Shown: positions 47,962 through 57,254 of the stretch, one piece after another
How positions within the stretch are numbered: the first letter of the stretch is position 1
Layout: every line of letters starts with the position of its first letter
Assembly: GCF_003019815.1 (NCBI RefSeq)
Contig: NZ_CP027773.1
Location: 5,019,324 to 5,083,323, forward strand
Source: Variovorax sp. PMC12
GTDB taxonomy: Bacteria; Pseudomonadota; Gammaproteobacteria; Burkholderiales; Burkholderiaceae_C
Direction of reading: 5' to 3'
DNA length: 64,000 nt
Position numbers and translations under genes: made by a program
The notes under the pieces: model-generated
The model's input: the letters and a program-made list of their open reading frames with translations, nothing else
Told to the model about the DNA's origin: nothing
Database searches by the model: none

Positions 47962-48405
47962 TCAGGCCGGTTGCGCCACGACCAGCAGCCAGCCCACGCC
48001 GAAGCGGTCGGTCAGCATGCCGAAGCTGGAGGTGAAGAAGGTCGGGATCAGCGGCTGCATCACCTGGCCGCCTTCGGCCAGCGCGTTGAACCACTTCACG
48101 GCTTCGGCGTCGGTGCCGGCGGTGAGGGCCAGCATGATGCCCTCGAACTTCGGCTGGCCCGAGCAGCGGCCGTCGGAGGCCATGAGCTCGGTCTCGCCGA
48201 TGCGGACCACCGCGTGCATCACCTTGTCGGGCGCGGGCCCGGCACCGCCGCAACTGGCGTCGGGGTTGCCGGAAGCGGCGGGCTCGGGTGCCGGCGCGTC
48301 GGCATAGCGCATCAGCTGGATCGTTTCGGCGCCGAGCGCCTGCTTGTAGAAGCCGAGCGCTTCGTCGCAGCGGCCTTCGAACGAGAGGTAAGACTGGACT
48401 TTCAT
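47962..48405 (-). CDS. VOC/glyoxalase-family (PhnB-like) protein
   Basis: MKVQSYLSFEGRCDEALGFYKQALGAE.. Paralog of the downstream VOC gene. Confidence 0.7.
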   Translation of the reverse strand: MKVQSYLSFEGRCDEALGFYKQALGAETIQLMRYADAPAPEPAASGNPDASCGGAGPAPDKVMHAVVRIGETELMASDGRCSGQPKFEGIMLALTAGTDAEAVKWFNALAEGGQVMQPLIPTFFTSSFGMLTDRFGVGWLLVVAQPA

Positions 48406-48485
48406 GGCGATTCCTTCTGGCGGATGAGGTGGGTCGGTGGGGCCACGGCGTATCAGGCCGCAAACAATCGGATTACTTTGTGTAC

Positions 48486-48527
48486 ACCGTCCACAAAGAA
48501 TAGCAGGGATAATGGACGGTGTCCACA
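48486..48527. promoter_or_regulatory. Two 13-bp near-palindromic operator-like sites (TGTAC-ACC-GTCCA and TGGAC-GGT-GTCCA) between the divergent tetR and VOC-VOC-MFS operon
   Basis: Read directly. Both sites share the core ACACCGTCCA / TGGACGGTGT, centres about 25 bp apart, in the 132-bp divergent intergenic region. Confidence 0.5.
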
Positions 48528-48537
48528 TGGAAGTGCA

Positions 48538-49191
48538 ATGAAGCTCAACAACGTCCCTGAAAGCCTGCCGCCCGCCCGCAGCACCTACCGCCACGGGGAC
48601 TTGCGCCGGGCACTGCTGGACGCGGGCATCGAGCTCGCACGCGACGGGGGCCCCGACGCCGTGGTGCTGCGCGAAGCCACGAGGCGCGCGGGCGTGGTGC
48701 CGAATGCCGCCTACCGGCACTTCGGCAGCCGCCAGGAACTGCTGTGGGCCGTGCGGGAGGCGGCCCTGGCCGCGGCAGCGGGTGCGATGGAAAAGGAACT
48801 GGCCGTGCTGCCCTGCGACCAGCCGCCCGCCGACTTCGCGCGCGCCCAGGTGCGCGCCATCGGCACCGCCTATCTGCGGTTCGCGCAGGCCGAGCCTGGC
48901 CTGTTCCGCACCGCGTTCGTGGTTTCCGCCGAAGGCGACGGCCAGCTCGGCCCGGGCAAGGCCGGCGCGAGCGGGCTGGACCCGTTCCAGCTGCTGGGCA
49001 AGGCCATCGACCGGCTGGTGGACGCGGGCGTGCTCGACCCGGCGCGGCGCCCGAATGCCGAATACCTCGCGTGGTCGTCGGTGCACGGTCTGGCGCTGCT
49101 CATCATCGACGGGCCACTGCGCGCCATGCCGCCCGCCGAGACCCACGCGCTGGGCCAGCGCCTCATCGACATGGTCGAGCGAGGGCTGTAG
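48538..49191 (+). CDS. TetR/AcrR-family transcriptional regulator
   Basis: ..YRHGDLRRALLDAGIELARDGGPDAVVLREATRRAGVVPNAAYRHFGSRQELL.. is a TetR HTH. ATG at 48538. Confidence 0.8.
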   Translation: MKLNNVPESLPPARSTYRHGDLRRALLDAGIELARDGGPDAVVLREATRRAGVVPNAAYRHFGSRQELLWAVREAALAAAAGAMEKELAVLPCDQPPADFARAQVRAIGTAYLRFAQAEPGLFRTAFVVSAEGDGQLGPGKAGASGLDPFQLLGKAIDRLVDAGVLDPARRPNAEYLAWSSVHGLALLIIDGPLRAMPPAETHALGQRLIDMVERGL

Positions 49192-49205
49192 GCGCCCTCA
49201 GGCGC

Positions 49206-49697
49206 TCAAAGATAGATCTTCTGCAGCAGGCGGATCAGCGTCTCGCGCTCGCGCGCGGTGAGCCTGGCGCTGGCGTCGGCCTCGAGCTGCATCACGGCCT
49301 GCTCGGCCTCGCGGATCAGCGCATCGCCGGCCGGCGTGAGATACAAGCCCACCGCGCGGCCGTCGTGCGGATGGGGCCGGCGCTCGATGAGCCCGCGGCT
49401 GTCGAGCGTGGCAACCAGGCTCACCAGGTTGGGCGGCAGGATGTCCAGCGTGCTGCACAGCTGCCGCGACGTGGCGCCCGGGTTGTGCGCCAGCAGCGAC
49501 AGCACCGAGAAATCGATCTGCTTGAGCCCATAGGGCGCCATGCGTTCCGCGAAGAAGTCGCTGACGATCAGCCATGCGCGGCGGGCGTTGTAGCCGACCA
49601 GGGTTTCGAGCATGCGCGCGTCGAGCCGGTCCGCCTTGCCCGGCGGCGCGATGCTCGGCTCGCTTTTCGCGGGAGCGGATTTCGAAGAGGAAGGCAT
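49206..49697 (-). CDS. MarR-family transcriptional regulator
   Basis: wHTH region (FSVLSLLAHNPGATSRQLCSTLDILPPNLVSLVATLDSRGLIERRPHPHDGRAVGLYLTPAG). Last gene of the long minus-strand operon. Confidence 0.8.
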   Translation of the reverse strand: MPSSSKSAPAKSEPSIAPPGKADRLDARMLETLVGYNARRAWLIVSDFFAERMAPYGLKQIDFSVLSLLAHNPGATSRQLCSTLDILPPNLVSLVATLDSRGLIERRPHPHDGRAVGLYLTPAGDALIREAEQAVMQLEADASARLTARERETLIRLLQKIYL

Positions 49698-49732
49698 GGC
49701 CCGAGCGTACCGCGTGAATGTTGCCCGGCAGC

Positions 49733-51478
49733 CTAGCGCGCGACAGCCTGCGGCTGCGCCGCGTGGGTCAGCGCGACCGTCTCGCAGGCCCGCTTGACGA
49801 TGCCCAGCCGCATCTCGAACTCCGGCAGCGCCCAGCGCCGGAAGGCCGCCGCCACCCGTGCCCTCGCGCTGTCTTGCGGCGCCGCCGCCTCGATGCGCGC
49901 CCAGGCCCAGGCCAGCATCGTGAGCATCGCCACGCGCAGGTAGTCGTCCGCCACTTCGCAGGGTAGCGCCGGGTTGGCGTGCGCGGCCATCGCGACCGTG
50001 GTGCCCAGGTAGCGTAGCTGCGCGAGCCGGCGCTGCACGTCGGCATCGGCCTCGCGCGAGGCGTCGAGCGTGTCGCGCATCTCGAGCAGCACCGCCGACA
50101 TGCCGGCGCCGCCGTCGGGCAGCACCTTGCGCACCAGCAGGTCGATGGCCTGGATCTCGTTGGTGCCCTCGTAGATCATGGTCACGCGCGAGTCGCGCAC
50201 GATCTGTTCGATGCCCCATTCGCGCACGTAGCCATGCCCGCCGAACACTTGCAGGCATTCGCTCGCACCCAGAAAGGCCTGCTGCGTACACGCCGCCTTG
50301 AGCACCGGCGTGACGAACGAGCACCAGCGCTGCGCGCGCTCGCGGGCCTTCGGGTCGGCGTCGTGCGCGGCCACGTCGAGCATCAGCGCGCTGCGGTAGG
50401 CGAGGGTGCGCGCGCCGTCGATCCAGGCGCGCTGCGTGTCGAGGATGCGGCGCACCGCCGGGTGCTCGGCGATCAGGTCCGCGCTTTCGTTGCCGCGGCT
50501 CGCGGGCACGGGGCCGGGCGCGCGCATCTGGCGGCGCTCGGCGGCATAGGCGTCGGCCTTCTGCCAGGCGGCGTCGAGCAGGCCGATGCCCTGCAGCGCC
50601 ACATGCAGGCGCGCCGAATTCATCATCACGAACATCGCGGCCAGCCCGCGCCCCGGCTCGCCGACCAGCCAGCCGGTGGCGTCGTCGAAGCGCATCGTGC
50701 AGGTCGGGCTGCCGTGCAGGCCCATCTTTTCCTCGATGCGTTCGCAGTGCACCGCGTTGCGCGTGCCGTCGGGCAGCAGCTTGGGCACGAGCGCCAGCGA
50801 CAGGCCCTTGGGGCCGGCCGGTGCGTCGGGCAGGCGGCACAGCACCAGGTGCACGATGTTCGGCGTCAGGTCGTGCTCGCCGCCGGAAATGAAGATCTTG
50901 CCGCCGCTCACGCGCAGGCTGCCGTCGGCCTGTGGCACGGCGCGCGTGCGCACCTGGCCCAGGTCGCTGCCCGCATGCGCCTCGGTGAGGCACATGGTGG
51001 CCAGCCACTCGCCGGTCGCGATCTTCGGTACATAGCGCTGCTTCAGCTCGTCGCTGCCGTGGTGCTTGAGGCAGGCGTAGGCGCCGTGCAGCAGGCCGGG
51101 CGCCATCGTGAAGCCGTGGTTGGCGGCGGCCAGCCATTCGTAGAGCACGGCCTCGAGCACGGCGGGCAGGCCCTGTCCGCCGTCTTCGGTCGCGGCCGAA
51201 AGAGCGGGCCAGCCGCCGTCGACGAAGGCCTGGTAGGCCTCGCGAAAGCCCGGCGGGCTGGTCACTTCGCCGCCGGCAAAACGGCAGCCGGTCTCGTCGC
51301 CGGTCCGGTTCAGCGGCGCGATCACCTCGCCAACGAAGCGCCCCGCCTCCTCCAGCACCTGCGACTGCAGCGCTTCGTCAACCTCGGCGAAAGGCGCGAG
51401 CGCGGCCAGGCGCGTGGGCGCATCGAGCGCCGCGTTCAGCAGGAATCGGACATCTTCGGGGCGGGGCTTGTAATCCAT
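49733..51478 (-). CDS. Large acyl-CoA dehydrogenase (AidB/FadE-like, about 580 aa)
   Basis: ACAD N, middle and C domains (..EWGIEQIVRDSRVTMIYEGTNEIQAIDLLVRK..) plus a C-terminal extension. ATG at 51478. Confidence 0.8.
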   Translation of the reverse strand: MDYKPRPEDVRFLLNAALDAPTRLAALAPFAEVDEALQSQVLEEAGRFVGEVIAPLNRTGDETGCRFAGGEVTSPPGFREAYQAFVDGGWPALSAATEDGGQGLPAVLEAVLYEWLAAANHGFTMAPGLLHGAYACLKHHGSDELKQRYVPKIATGEWLATMCLTEAHAGSDLGQVRTRAVPQADGSLRVSGGKIFISGGEHDLTPNIVHLVLCRLPDAPAGPKGLSLALVPKLLPDGTRNAVHCERIEEKMGLHGSPTCTMRFDDATGWLVGEPGRGLAAMFVMMNSARLHVALQGIGLLDAAWQKADAYAAERRQMRAPGPVPASRGNESADLIAEHPAVRRILDTQRAWIDGARTLAYRSALMLDVAAHDADPKARERAQRWCSFVTPVLKAACTQQAFLGASECLQVFGGHGYVREWGIEQIVRDSRVTMIYEGTNEIQAIDLLVRKVLPDGGAGMSAVLLEMRDTLDASREADADVQRRLAQLRYLGTTVAMAAHANPALPCEVADDYLRVAMLTMLAWAWARIEAAAPQDSARARVAAAFRRWALPEFEMRLGIVKRACETVALTHAAQPQAVAR

Positions 51479-51492
51479 GGGGGTTCGGAAAT

Positions 51493-53229
51493 CTAGGGAG
51501 AAGGCGGCTTGCAGGCGAAGCTGCTTGCGCGCTCGGTGTCGCCGCCGGTGTATGTGGCGACTTGCGGATAGGGGCACAGCGGGCGCGTGCGCTGCGGCGA
51601 CCAGCTGGCCGGCACTTCGGCGTTCGGCACGGGCGTGCCGGCACCGCGCGCGGAAGCGGTGATCGACGCGGGCGCCTTGCCCTGTTCGACCCAGTCGACC
51701 AGCGCGCTGAGCATGTCGAACTGGTCAGTGGCGGGGCCGCCCGAGCAGTGGTTCATGCCCGGCACGGGGAAGTAGCGCGCGAACGAGGATGCATCGCCGC
51801 CGTTCGCGGCCTGCACGCGCTCGTACCAGGCGGCGGTGTCGTCCGACGAGAACACCGGGTCGCTGGTGCCGTGGTAGACGATCATGCGGCCGCCCTTGTC
51901 GCGCAGCGCACCCAGGTTGGCCGCGTCCGGCGGCGTCATGAACGACAGCGCCGACTCGCGGAACACGCCGTCCGTCGCGGCGATGCGCGGCGCGTCGCGG
52001 TCCATGTCGAAGCCCAGCGCGAACGGCAGGCCCTGCGGCCGGTCGGCCAGCGGCGGCGTGCTGAAGATGAAGGCCACGGCGCCCGCGTCGCGCGTCGCCG
52101 GGCTCGCGAACTTCCATTCGCGCCAGTTGCCGCCGCTCACGCCCGCGTCGAACGGGAAGCTGCTGTAGATCGGCTGGCCCGCGCTGTTGCGCGCGCCCTT
52201 GAACACGTTGGCCAGCGCATTCTTCTGCGGCGCGCTGAGGCACATGCCGTCGCGCGTGCCTGCGGCGCAGGTGGGAACGTCGCGCTGGATGTCGAAGCGC
52301 GTTTTGCAGGCCTGCACGTTCGACACGATGCCGTCGGCCAGGCCGTCGAGCGCGTCGCAGCGCGCCAGCACCTTGTCGGCCACCAGCTTCAGCTCGGCCG
52401 GGGTGAAGGCGCTTTGCAGGTCGGGCTGGCCGGCGGGCGTCTTCGCGCTGGCCACGGCGGCGTATTGCTGCGCGCCATAGAGCTGCGCCACGGCCGCCTT
52501 CGGCAGGTTGAAACCGGGGTCGCCCGCGAGGATGCCGTCGTACTGCTGCGACGAGCGCACCGCGGCCACCATCGCATGCCGCCCGCCGTTCGAGCAGCCG
52601 CCGAAGTAGGAGCGGTCGGGGCCGCGGCCGTAGGCCTTGGCGATGAGGTTCTTCGCCATCGGCGTGAGCTGCGCGACCGCGTTGTAGCCGTAATCGAGCC
52701 GCGCCTGCGGGTCGAGCCCGAAGCGCGGGCCCATCGAACCCGCATGGCCGGCGTCTGAGCTGATGACGGCAAAACCCATCTGCAGTGCGCTGCTGCGCGG
52801 GCCGCCGCCGCCGATGCCGCCGAGCGCGGGCACCACCACGCCGTCGAGCCCGCCGTTGGCCTGGTAGAAAAAGCGGCCGTTCCATGCCACGGGCAGCCGC
52901 ATCTCGAAGCCGACGGCGTAGCGCTGGTTGTCGACCGGGCTGGTGCGCTCGTTCATGCGGCCTTGCACCAGGCAGTGCGCGGGCGCCGCCATCGCGACGC
53001 CGCCGACCGTGACCATGCCGGCCGGCACGTCGGTGACGGCGGTGTAGACCGTGCCCGGCAGCGCCGCGCGCGTGGTCAGGTCGGCGCAGGCCTGCAGCGT
53101 ACCGGGCCGCGCGGCGGCCAGCGGCGTATGCGGGGCGGGTGGGCGCCCCGCGCAAGCCGCGAGCAGCGTGGCAACGCCGAGCGCGCTCGCGCACAGGCCG
53201 AATGTGAAGTGGCGCCGATGTCTCGTCAT
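51493..53229 (-). CDS. Tannase/feruloyl esterase-family lipoprotein
   Basis: Lipobox LLAACAG. Tannase-family catalytic region (FGGCSNGGRHAMVAA) with Ser in GCSNGG and multiple Cys. ATG at 53229. Confidence 0.75.
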   Translation of the reverse strand: MTRHRRHFTFGLCASALGVATLLAACAGRPPAPHTPLAAARPGTLQACADLTTRAALPGTVYTAVTDVPAGMVTVGGVAMAAPAHCLVQGRMNERTSPVDNQRYAVGFEMRLPVAWNGRFFYQANGGLDGVVVPALGGIGGGGPRSSALQMGFAVISSDAGHAGSMGPRFGLDPQARLDYGYNAVAQLTPMAKNLIAKAYGRGPDRSYFGGCSNGGRHAMVAAVRSSQQYDGILAGDPGFNLPKAAVAQLYGAQQYAAVASAKTPAGQPDLQSAFTPAELKLVADKVLARCDALDGLADGIVSNVQACKTRFDIQRDVPTCAAGTRDGMCLSAPQKNALANVFKGARNSAGQPIYSSFPFDAGVSGGNWREWKFASPATRDAGAVAFIFSTPPLADRPQGLPFALGFDMDRDAPRIAATDGVFRESALSFMTPPDAANLGALRDKGGRMIVYHGTSDPVFSSDDTAAWYERVQAANGGDASSFARYFPVPGMNHCSGGPATDQFDMLSALVDWVEQGKAPASITASARGAGTPVPNAEVPASWSPQRTRPLCPYPQVATYTGGDTERASSFACKPPSP

Positions 53230-53282
53230 GTCGTCTCCTTGCCGCGTGCGCGGCGGGTGTCTCGGTCGATCTTCTTTTCTCG

Positions 53283-54017
53283 TCAGGCGGCCTTGCGTGC
53301 CGCGCCCAGGTAGGTGTCGATCACGCGCGAATCGACCGCGAGCTTGCGTGCCTCGCCCTCGAGGCTCACGCTGCCCATTTCGAGCACATAGCCGTGGTCC
53401 GCCACTTCGAGCGCGGCGCGCGCGTTCTGCTCCACCAGCAGAATGGTCACGCCCGTGGCGCGCAGCGCATCGACCGTGCGGAAGATCTCCTGCACCACCA
53501 GCGGCGCCAGCCCCAGGCTGGGTTCGTCGAGCATCAGCAGCGTGGGGCGCGACATCAGCGCGCGGCCCACCGCCAGCATCTGCCGCTCGCCGCCGGAGAG
53601 CGTGCCGGCCAGCTGCGCGCGCCGCTCCTTCAGGCGCGGGAACAGCGTGTAGACCTCGTCGATGCGGTCGCGCCACTGCTTGTTGCGCAGCCGCACCTGG
53701 CGGAACGCGCCGAGCACGAGGTTGTCTTCGACCGGCATGGTGCCGAACAGCTCGCGTTTCTCCGGCACCAGCGCAATGCCGAGCATCACGCGTTCCTCGA
53801 GCGTCATCGCCGAGATGGGCTGGCCCTTGAACTCGATGACGCCCTTGGAGGGCAGCACGCCCATCAGCGCGTTGAGCAGTGTCGACTTGCCCGCGCCGTT
53901 CGGCCCGATCACGGTGACGACGCGGCCCTGGTCGGCCTGCAGGTCGATGCCGTGCAGCACCTCGGCGCGCCCGTAGCCGGCGTGCAGGTCGCGTATGCGA
54001 AGCAGGGGTGTCGTCAT
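53283..54017 (-). CDS. ABC transporter ATP-binding protein (LivF-like)
   Basis: Walker A GPNGAGKST, signature LSGGERQML, Walker B. Confidence 0.85.
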   Translation of the reverse strand: MTTPLLRIRDLHAGYGRAEVLHGIDLQADQGRVVTVIGPNGAGKSTLLNALMGVLPSKGVIEFKGQPISAMTLEERVMLGIALVPEKRELFGTMPVEDNLVLGAFRQVRLRNKQWRDRIDEVYTLFPRLKERRAQLAGTLSGGERQMLAVGRALMSRPTLLMLDEPSLGLAPLVVQEIFRTVDALRATGVTILLVEQNARAALEVADHGYVLEMGSVSLEGEARKLAVDSRVIDTYLGAARKAA

Positions 54018-54018
54018 G

Positions 54019-55830
54019 TCAATGTTCCGTTCCCAGGTACGCGGCGCGCACCTTGTCGCTGTTCTGCACCTCGGCGGGCGTGCCCTCCATCAGGTGGGTG
54101 CCGAACTCCATCACCACGATGTGGTCGCAGATGTCCATCACCAGCCCCATGTCGTGCTCGACCAGCAGGATGCTCATGCCCTCGTCGCGCAATTGCCGCA
54201 GCACCTTGCCCAGCGCTTCCTTTTCCTTGTGGCGCAGGCCGGCCGCGGGCTCGTCGAGCAGCAGCAGGGCCGGGTCGGCGCACAGCGCGCGTGCGATCTC
54301 CAGCAGGCGCTGCTGGCCCATGGCCAGGTTGCCCGCCAGTTCGTGCAGGTAGTCGCCCATGCCCACGCGCCGCAGCTGACGCTCGGCCTCGCGGAACAGC
54401 GCGCGCTCTTCCTGGCGGTCGATGCGCAGCATGGCCGCGACGGCGCCCTTGCGGCCGCGCAGGTGCGCGCCCAGGGCCACGTTCTCCAGCACCGTCATGT
54501 CCGCCACCATCTTCACGTGCTGGAAGGTGCGCGACACGCCGCGCTGCGCGATCTGCCGCGCGCCCAGCCCGCCGATGGCCTCGCCGCGGAAGCGCACCGC
54601 GCCGCCCGAGAGGCCGAGCACGCCGGTGATCAGGTTGAAGGTGGTCGACTTGCCCGCGCCGTTCGGCCCGATCAGGCCGACGATCTGGCCGGCGCGCGTC
54701 TGGAAGCTGATGTCGTTCACCGCCACCAGCCCGCCGAAGGTCTTGCGGATGGCCTGCACGTCGAGCACCACATCGCCTGCGGCCGGCTTGGCGCGCGCGG
54801 GCAGGTCCCTGGCGTGCTGCCAGTCGACGCTGCGGCGCGGGCGCGGCAGGCGCCGGTCGACGAAGGCCCAGAGGCCCTCGGGCAGGTACTTGAGCACCAG
54901 CACGATCATGATGCCGAACACGATCAGCTCGTAGCTGCCGGCCGTGCCGATGAGCTTGGGCAGCAGCACCTGCAGCTGGTCTTCGAGCAGCTTGACCACG
55001 CCCGCGCCGGCAATGGCGCCCCACACGTGGGCCGCGCCGCCGAGCACCGCCATGAACAGGTACTCGATGCCCATCTTCAGCCCGAAGGGCGAGGGGTTCA
55101 CCGTGCGCTGGAAGTGCGCGAACAGCCAGCCAGAGATGGAGGCCAGCATGGCCGCCAGCACGAAGATGCCGATCTTGAAGCGCAGCGTGTTCACGCCCAT
55201 GGCCTCGGCCATCTGCGAGCCGCCGGCCAGGGAGCGAATGGCGCGGCCGCTGCGCGAGTCGAGCAGGCGTATCACCGCGAATGCCGCGACGATCGCGATG
55301 ACCCAGACCACGCCGTAGAAGAACCGCTGCTGGCCGAACTCGAAGCCGAACAGCGACAGGCCCTTGACGCCCAGGATGCCGTCGTACTTGCCCAGCGCGT
55401 CGAGGTTGCCCATCAGGTAGTACAGCGACAGCGCCCAGGCGATGGTGGCCAGCGGCAGGTAGTGGCCCGACATGCGCAGCGTGATGGCGCCGATGATCGA
55501 GGCGCTGACGCCGGTGAGCGCCAGCCCGATGAAGAGCGTGACCCAGGGCGACAGCCCCGTGTTCACCGTCAGGTAGGCCGTGGTGTACGCACCGATGCCG
55601 ACGAAGGCGGCCTGCCCGAACGAGGTGAGGCCGCCCACGCCGGTGAGCAGCACGAGGCCCAGCACCGGCAGGGTGTAGATGCCGATGTAGTTGAGCTGGA
55701 TGATCCAGAAGTCGGGCAGCGGCAGGAACGGCAGCACGGCCAGCACCAGGATCAGCGCGAGCGGGCCCCAGGTGCGCAGTGCGCTCTTGTCGGGCGCCTG
55801 GGGCGGCGTTGTGTTGATTAGCGCTTCCAT
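54019..55830 (-). CDS. Fused branched-chain amino acid ABC permease (LivM-like) and ATP-binding (LivG-like) protein
   Basis: N-terminal polytopic permease followed by an ABC ATPase with Walker A GPNGAGKSTTFN. A natural fusion. ATG at 55830. Confidence 0.8.
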   Translation of the reverse strand: MEALINTTPPQAPDKSALRTWGPLALILVLAVLPFLPLPDFWIIQLNYIGIYTLPVLGLVLLTGVGGLTSFGQAAFVGIGAYTTAYLTVNTGLSPWVTLFIGLALTGVSASIIGAITLRMSGHYLPLATIAWALSLYYLMGNLDALGKYDGILGVKGLSLFGFEFGQQRFFYGVVWVIAIVAAFAVIRLLDSRSGRAIRSLAGGSQMAEAMGVNTLRFKIGIFVLAAMLASISGWLFAHFQRTVNPSPFGLKMGIEYLFMAVLGGAAHVWGAIAGAGVVKLLEDQLQVLLPKLIGTAGSYELIVFGIMIVLVLKYLPEGLWAFVDRRLPRPRRSVDWQHARDLPARAKPAAGDVVLDVQAIRKTFGGLVAVNDISFQTRAGQIVGLIGPNGAGKSTTFNLITGVLGLSGGAVRFRGEAIGGLGARQIAQRGVSRTFQHVKMVADMTVLENVALGAHLRGRKGAVAAMLRIDRQEERALFREAERQLRRVGMGDYLHELAGNLAMGQQRLLEIARALCADPALLLLDEPAAGLRHKEKEALGKVLRQLRDEGMSILLVEHDMGLVMDICDHIVVMEFGTHLMEGTPAEVQNSDKVRAAYLGTEH

Positions 55831-55904
55831 GTCAGTGATCCGTTGCGCGTTGTCTTTGCTTGCTTGTCGTTTTTGTCGTTGGTTTGTTCGGGGCTTGTGC
55901 ACAG

Positions 55905-56135
55905 GCCACCGGGTACTCCCCTCCGCGAATGTCCCCCGGGGCTGCGCCCCTCCTCCTTTATTTCGCTGCGGGGAGCACCCGGCGCCCTGTGCACAGGGCA
56001 CGCTGCCGGTTCGAAGCCGATCAACCAGCGCTCTGTCCAACGATCACGACGGCGGGGTGCCTTGCGCAGCGAAATAAAGGAGGAGGCCGCAGGCCGGGGG
56101 AAATTCGCGGAGCAAGGTACCCCGTCGGCGTGAGC
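55905..56135. repeat. Large imperfect palindromic element of about 230 bp (roughly 80-bp arms at about 85% identity around a roughly 70-bp centre) filling the 350-bp gap between livH and livMG, MITE- or REP-like
   Basis: Left arm ..ccaccgggtactcccctccgcgaatgtcccccggggctgcgcccctcctcctttatttcgctgcgggg.. Right arm is its reverse complement ..ccttgcgcagcgaaataaaggaggaggccgcaggccgggggaaattcgcggagcaaggtacccc.. The centre holds the palindrome GCCCTGTGCACAGGGC. Confidence 0.75.
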
Positions 56136-56182
56136 GCGCCCCGAATGACCCATGGAGCGACAAACATGAGAAGGGATGTTCA

Positions 56183-57223
56183 TCAGTGCTCCTCGTCCGA
56201 ATGCCCGCTGCGCAAAGAACGCCACAGCAGCACCGGCAGGATGATGGTGAACACGATCACCTCCTTGAACGAGCTCGCCCAGAAAGAGCCGAAGGCCTCG
56301 ATCACGCCCACCGCCAGCGCACCGATCAGCGCGCCCGGATAGCTCGCCAGGCCCGCGATCACGCCGGCGACGAAGCCCTTCAGGCCGATGAGAAAACCCG
56401 AGTCGTAGAACACCGTCGTCGTCGGCCCGATCAGGAGCCCCGACAACGCGCCGATCAGCGCCGCCATCGCGAACGTGAGCTGCCCCGCCGCCTGCGTCGA
56501 GATGCCCATCAGCCGCGCGCCGAGCCGGTTCACCGCCGTCGCGCGCAGCGCCTTGCCATACAGGCTGCGCTCGAAGAAAAGCCACAGCAGCACGATCAGC
56601 GCCGCCGACACGCCGAAGATGATCAGCGCCTGCCCGCTCACGTTCAGCGGCCCCAGCGCCATGCGCTCGTCCCAGAACGGCGGATTGCGGAAGCCCTCGG
56701 CGCCGAAGAACAGCAGGCCCAGCCCCGTCATCGCGAAATGCACGCCCACCGACACGATCAGCAGCACCAGCGAACTCGCGCCCGCCAGCGATTGGTAAGC
56801 CACCCGGTACACCAGCGGCCCGAAAGCCGTGACGATGAACACCGTGAGCAGCGCCTGCACGCCGATGGGCAGGTTGCGCGGGCCGGCCCAGGCCGACACC
56901 GCGCAGACCACGGCCGGCAGCGCGAAGGTGCGCAGCGCGGCTTTCAGCCCGGCCGCCGCGCTGCCGCTGTGGCGCCAGACGCTCACCAGGTCCATCAGCG
57001 CGGCGACGCCGGCCAGGATCAGCAGCAGCCACACCGTGCCCGGCGTCTTGCCGGTCTGGAAGATCGCCAGCGTCAGCGCGCCGTACGCCACGAATTCGCC
57101 CTGCGGGATGAAGATGACGCGGGTCACCGTGAAGACGAGCACGATGCCCATGCCCAGCAGGGCATAGATCGCGCCATTGGTGAGTCCGTCCAGCGTCAGG
57201 ATGCTGGCGATCGAGAGATCCAT
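56183..57223 (-). CDS. Branched-chain amino acid ABC transporter permease (LivH-like)
   Basis: 346-aa polytopic membrane protein. LivH-family motifs. Confidence 0.85.
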   Translation of the reverse strand: MDLSIASILTLDGLTNGAIYALLGMGIVLVFTVTRVIFIPQGEFVAYGALTLAIFQTGKTPGTVWLLLILAGVAALMDLVSVWRHSGSAAAGLKAALRTFALPAVVCAVSAWAGPRNLPIGVQALLTVFIVTAFGPLVYRVAYQSLAGASSLVLLIVSVGVHFAMTGLGLLFFGAEGFRNPPFWDERMALGPLNVSGQALIIFGVSAALIVLLWLFFERSLYGKALRATAVNRLGARLMGISTQAAGQLTFAMAALIGALSGLLIGPTTTVFYDSGFLIGLKGFVAGVIAGLASYPGALIGALAVGVIEAFGSFWASSFKEVIVFTIILPVLLWRSLRSGHSDEEH

Positions 57224-57254
57224 GGCGTGTGTGTGGTGCGGCTGGAGAAAGGGT

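Noticed and set aside
56005-56020. Second T-loop-like motif CCGGTTCGAAGCC in the core of the large palindrome
   Set aside because: Only a 3-bp flanking stem is possible and there is no other tRNA-like context. Likely chance.
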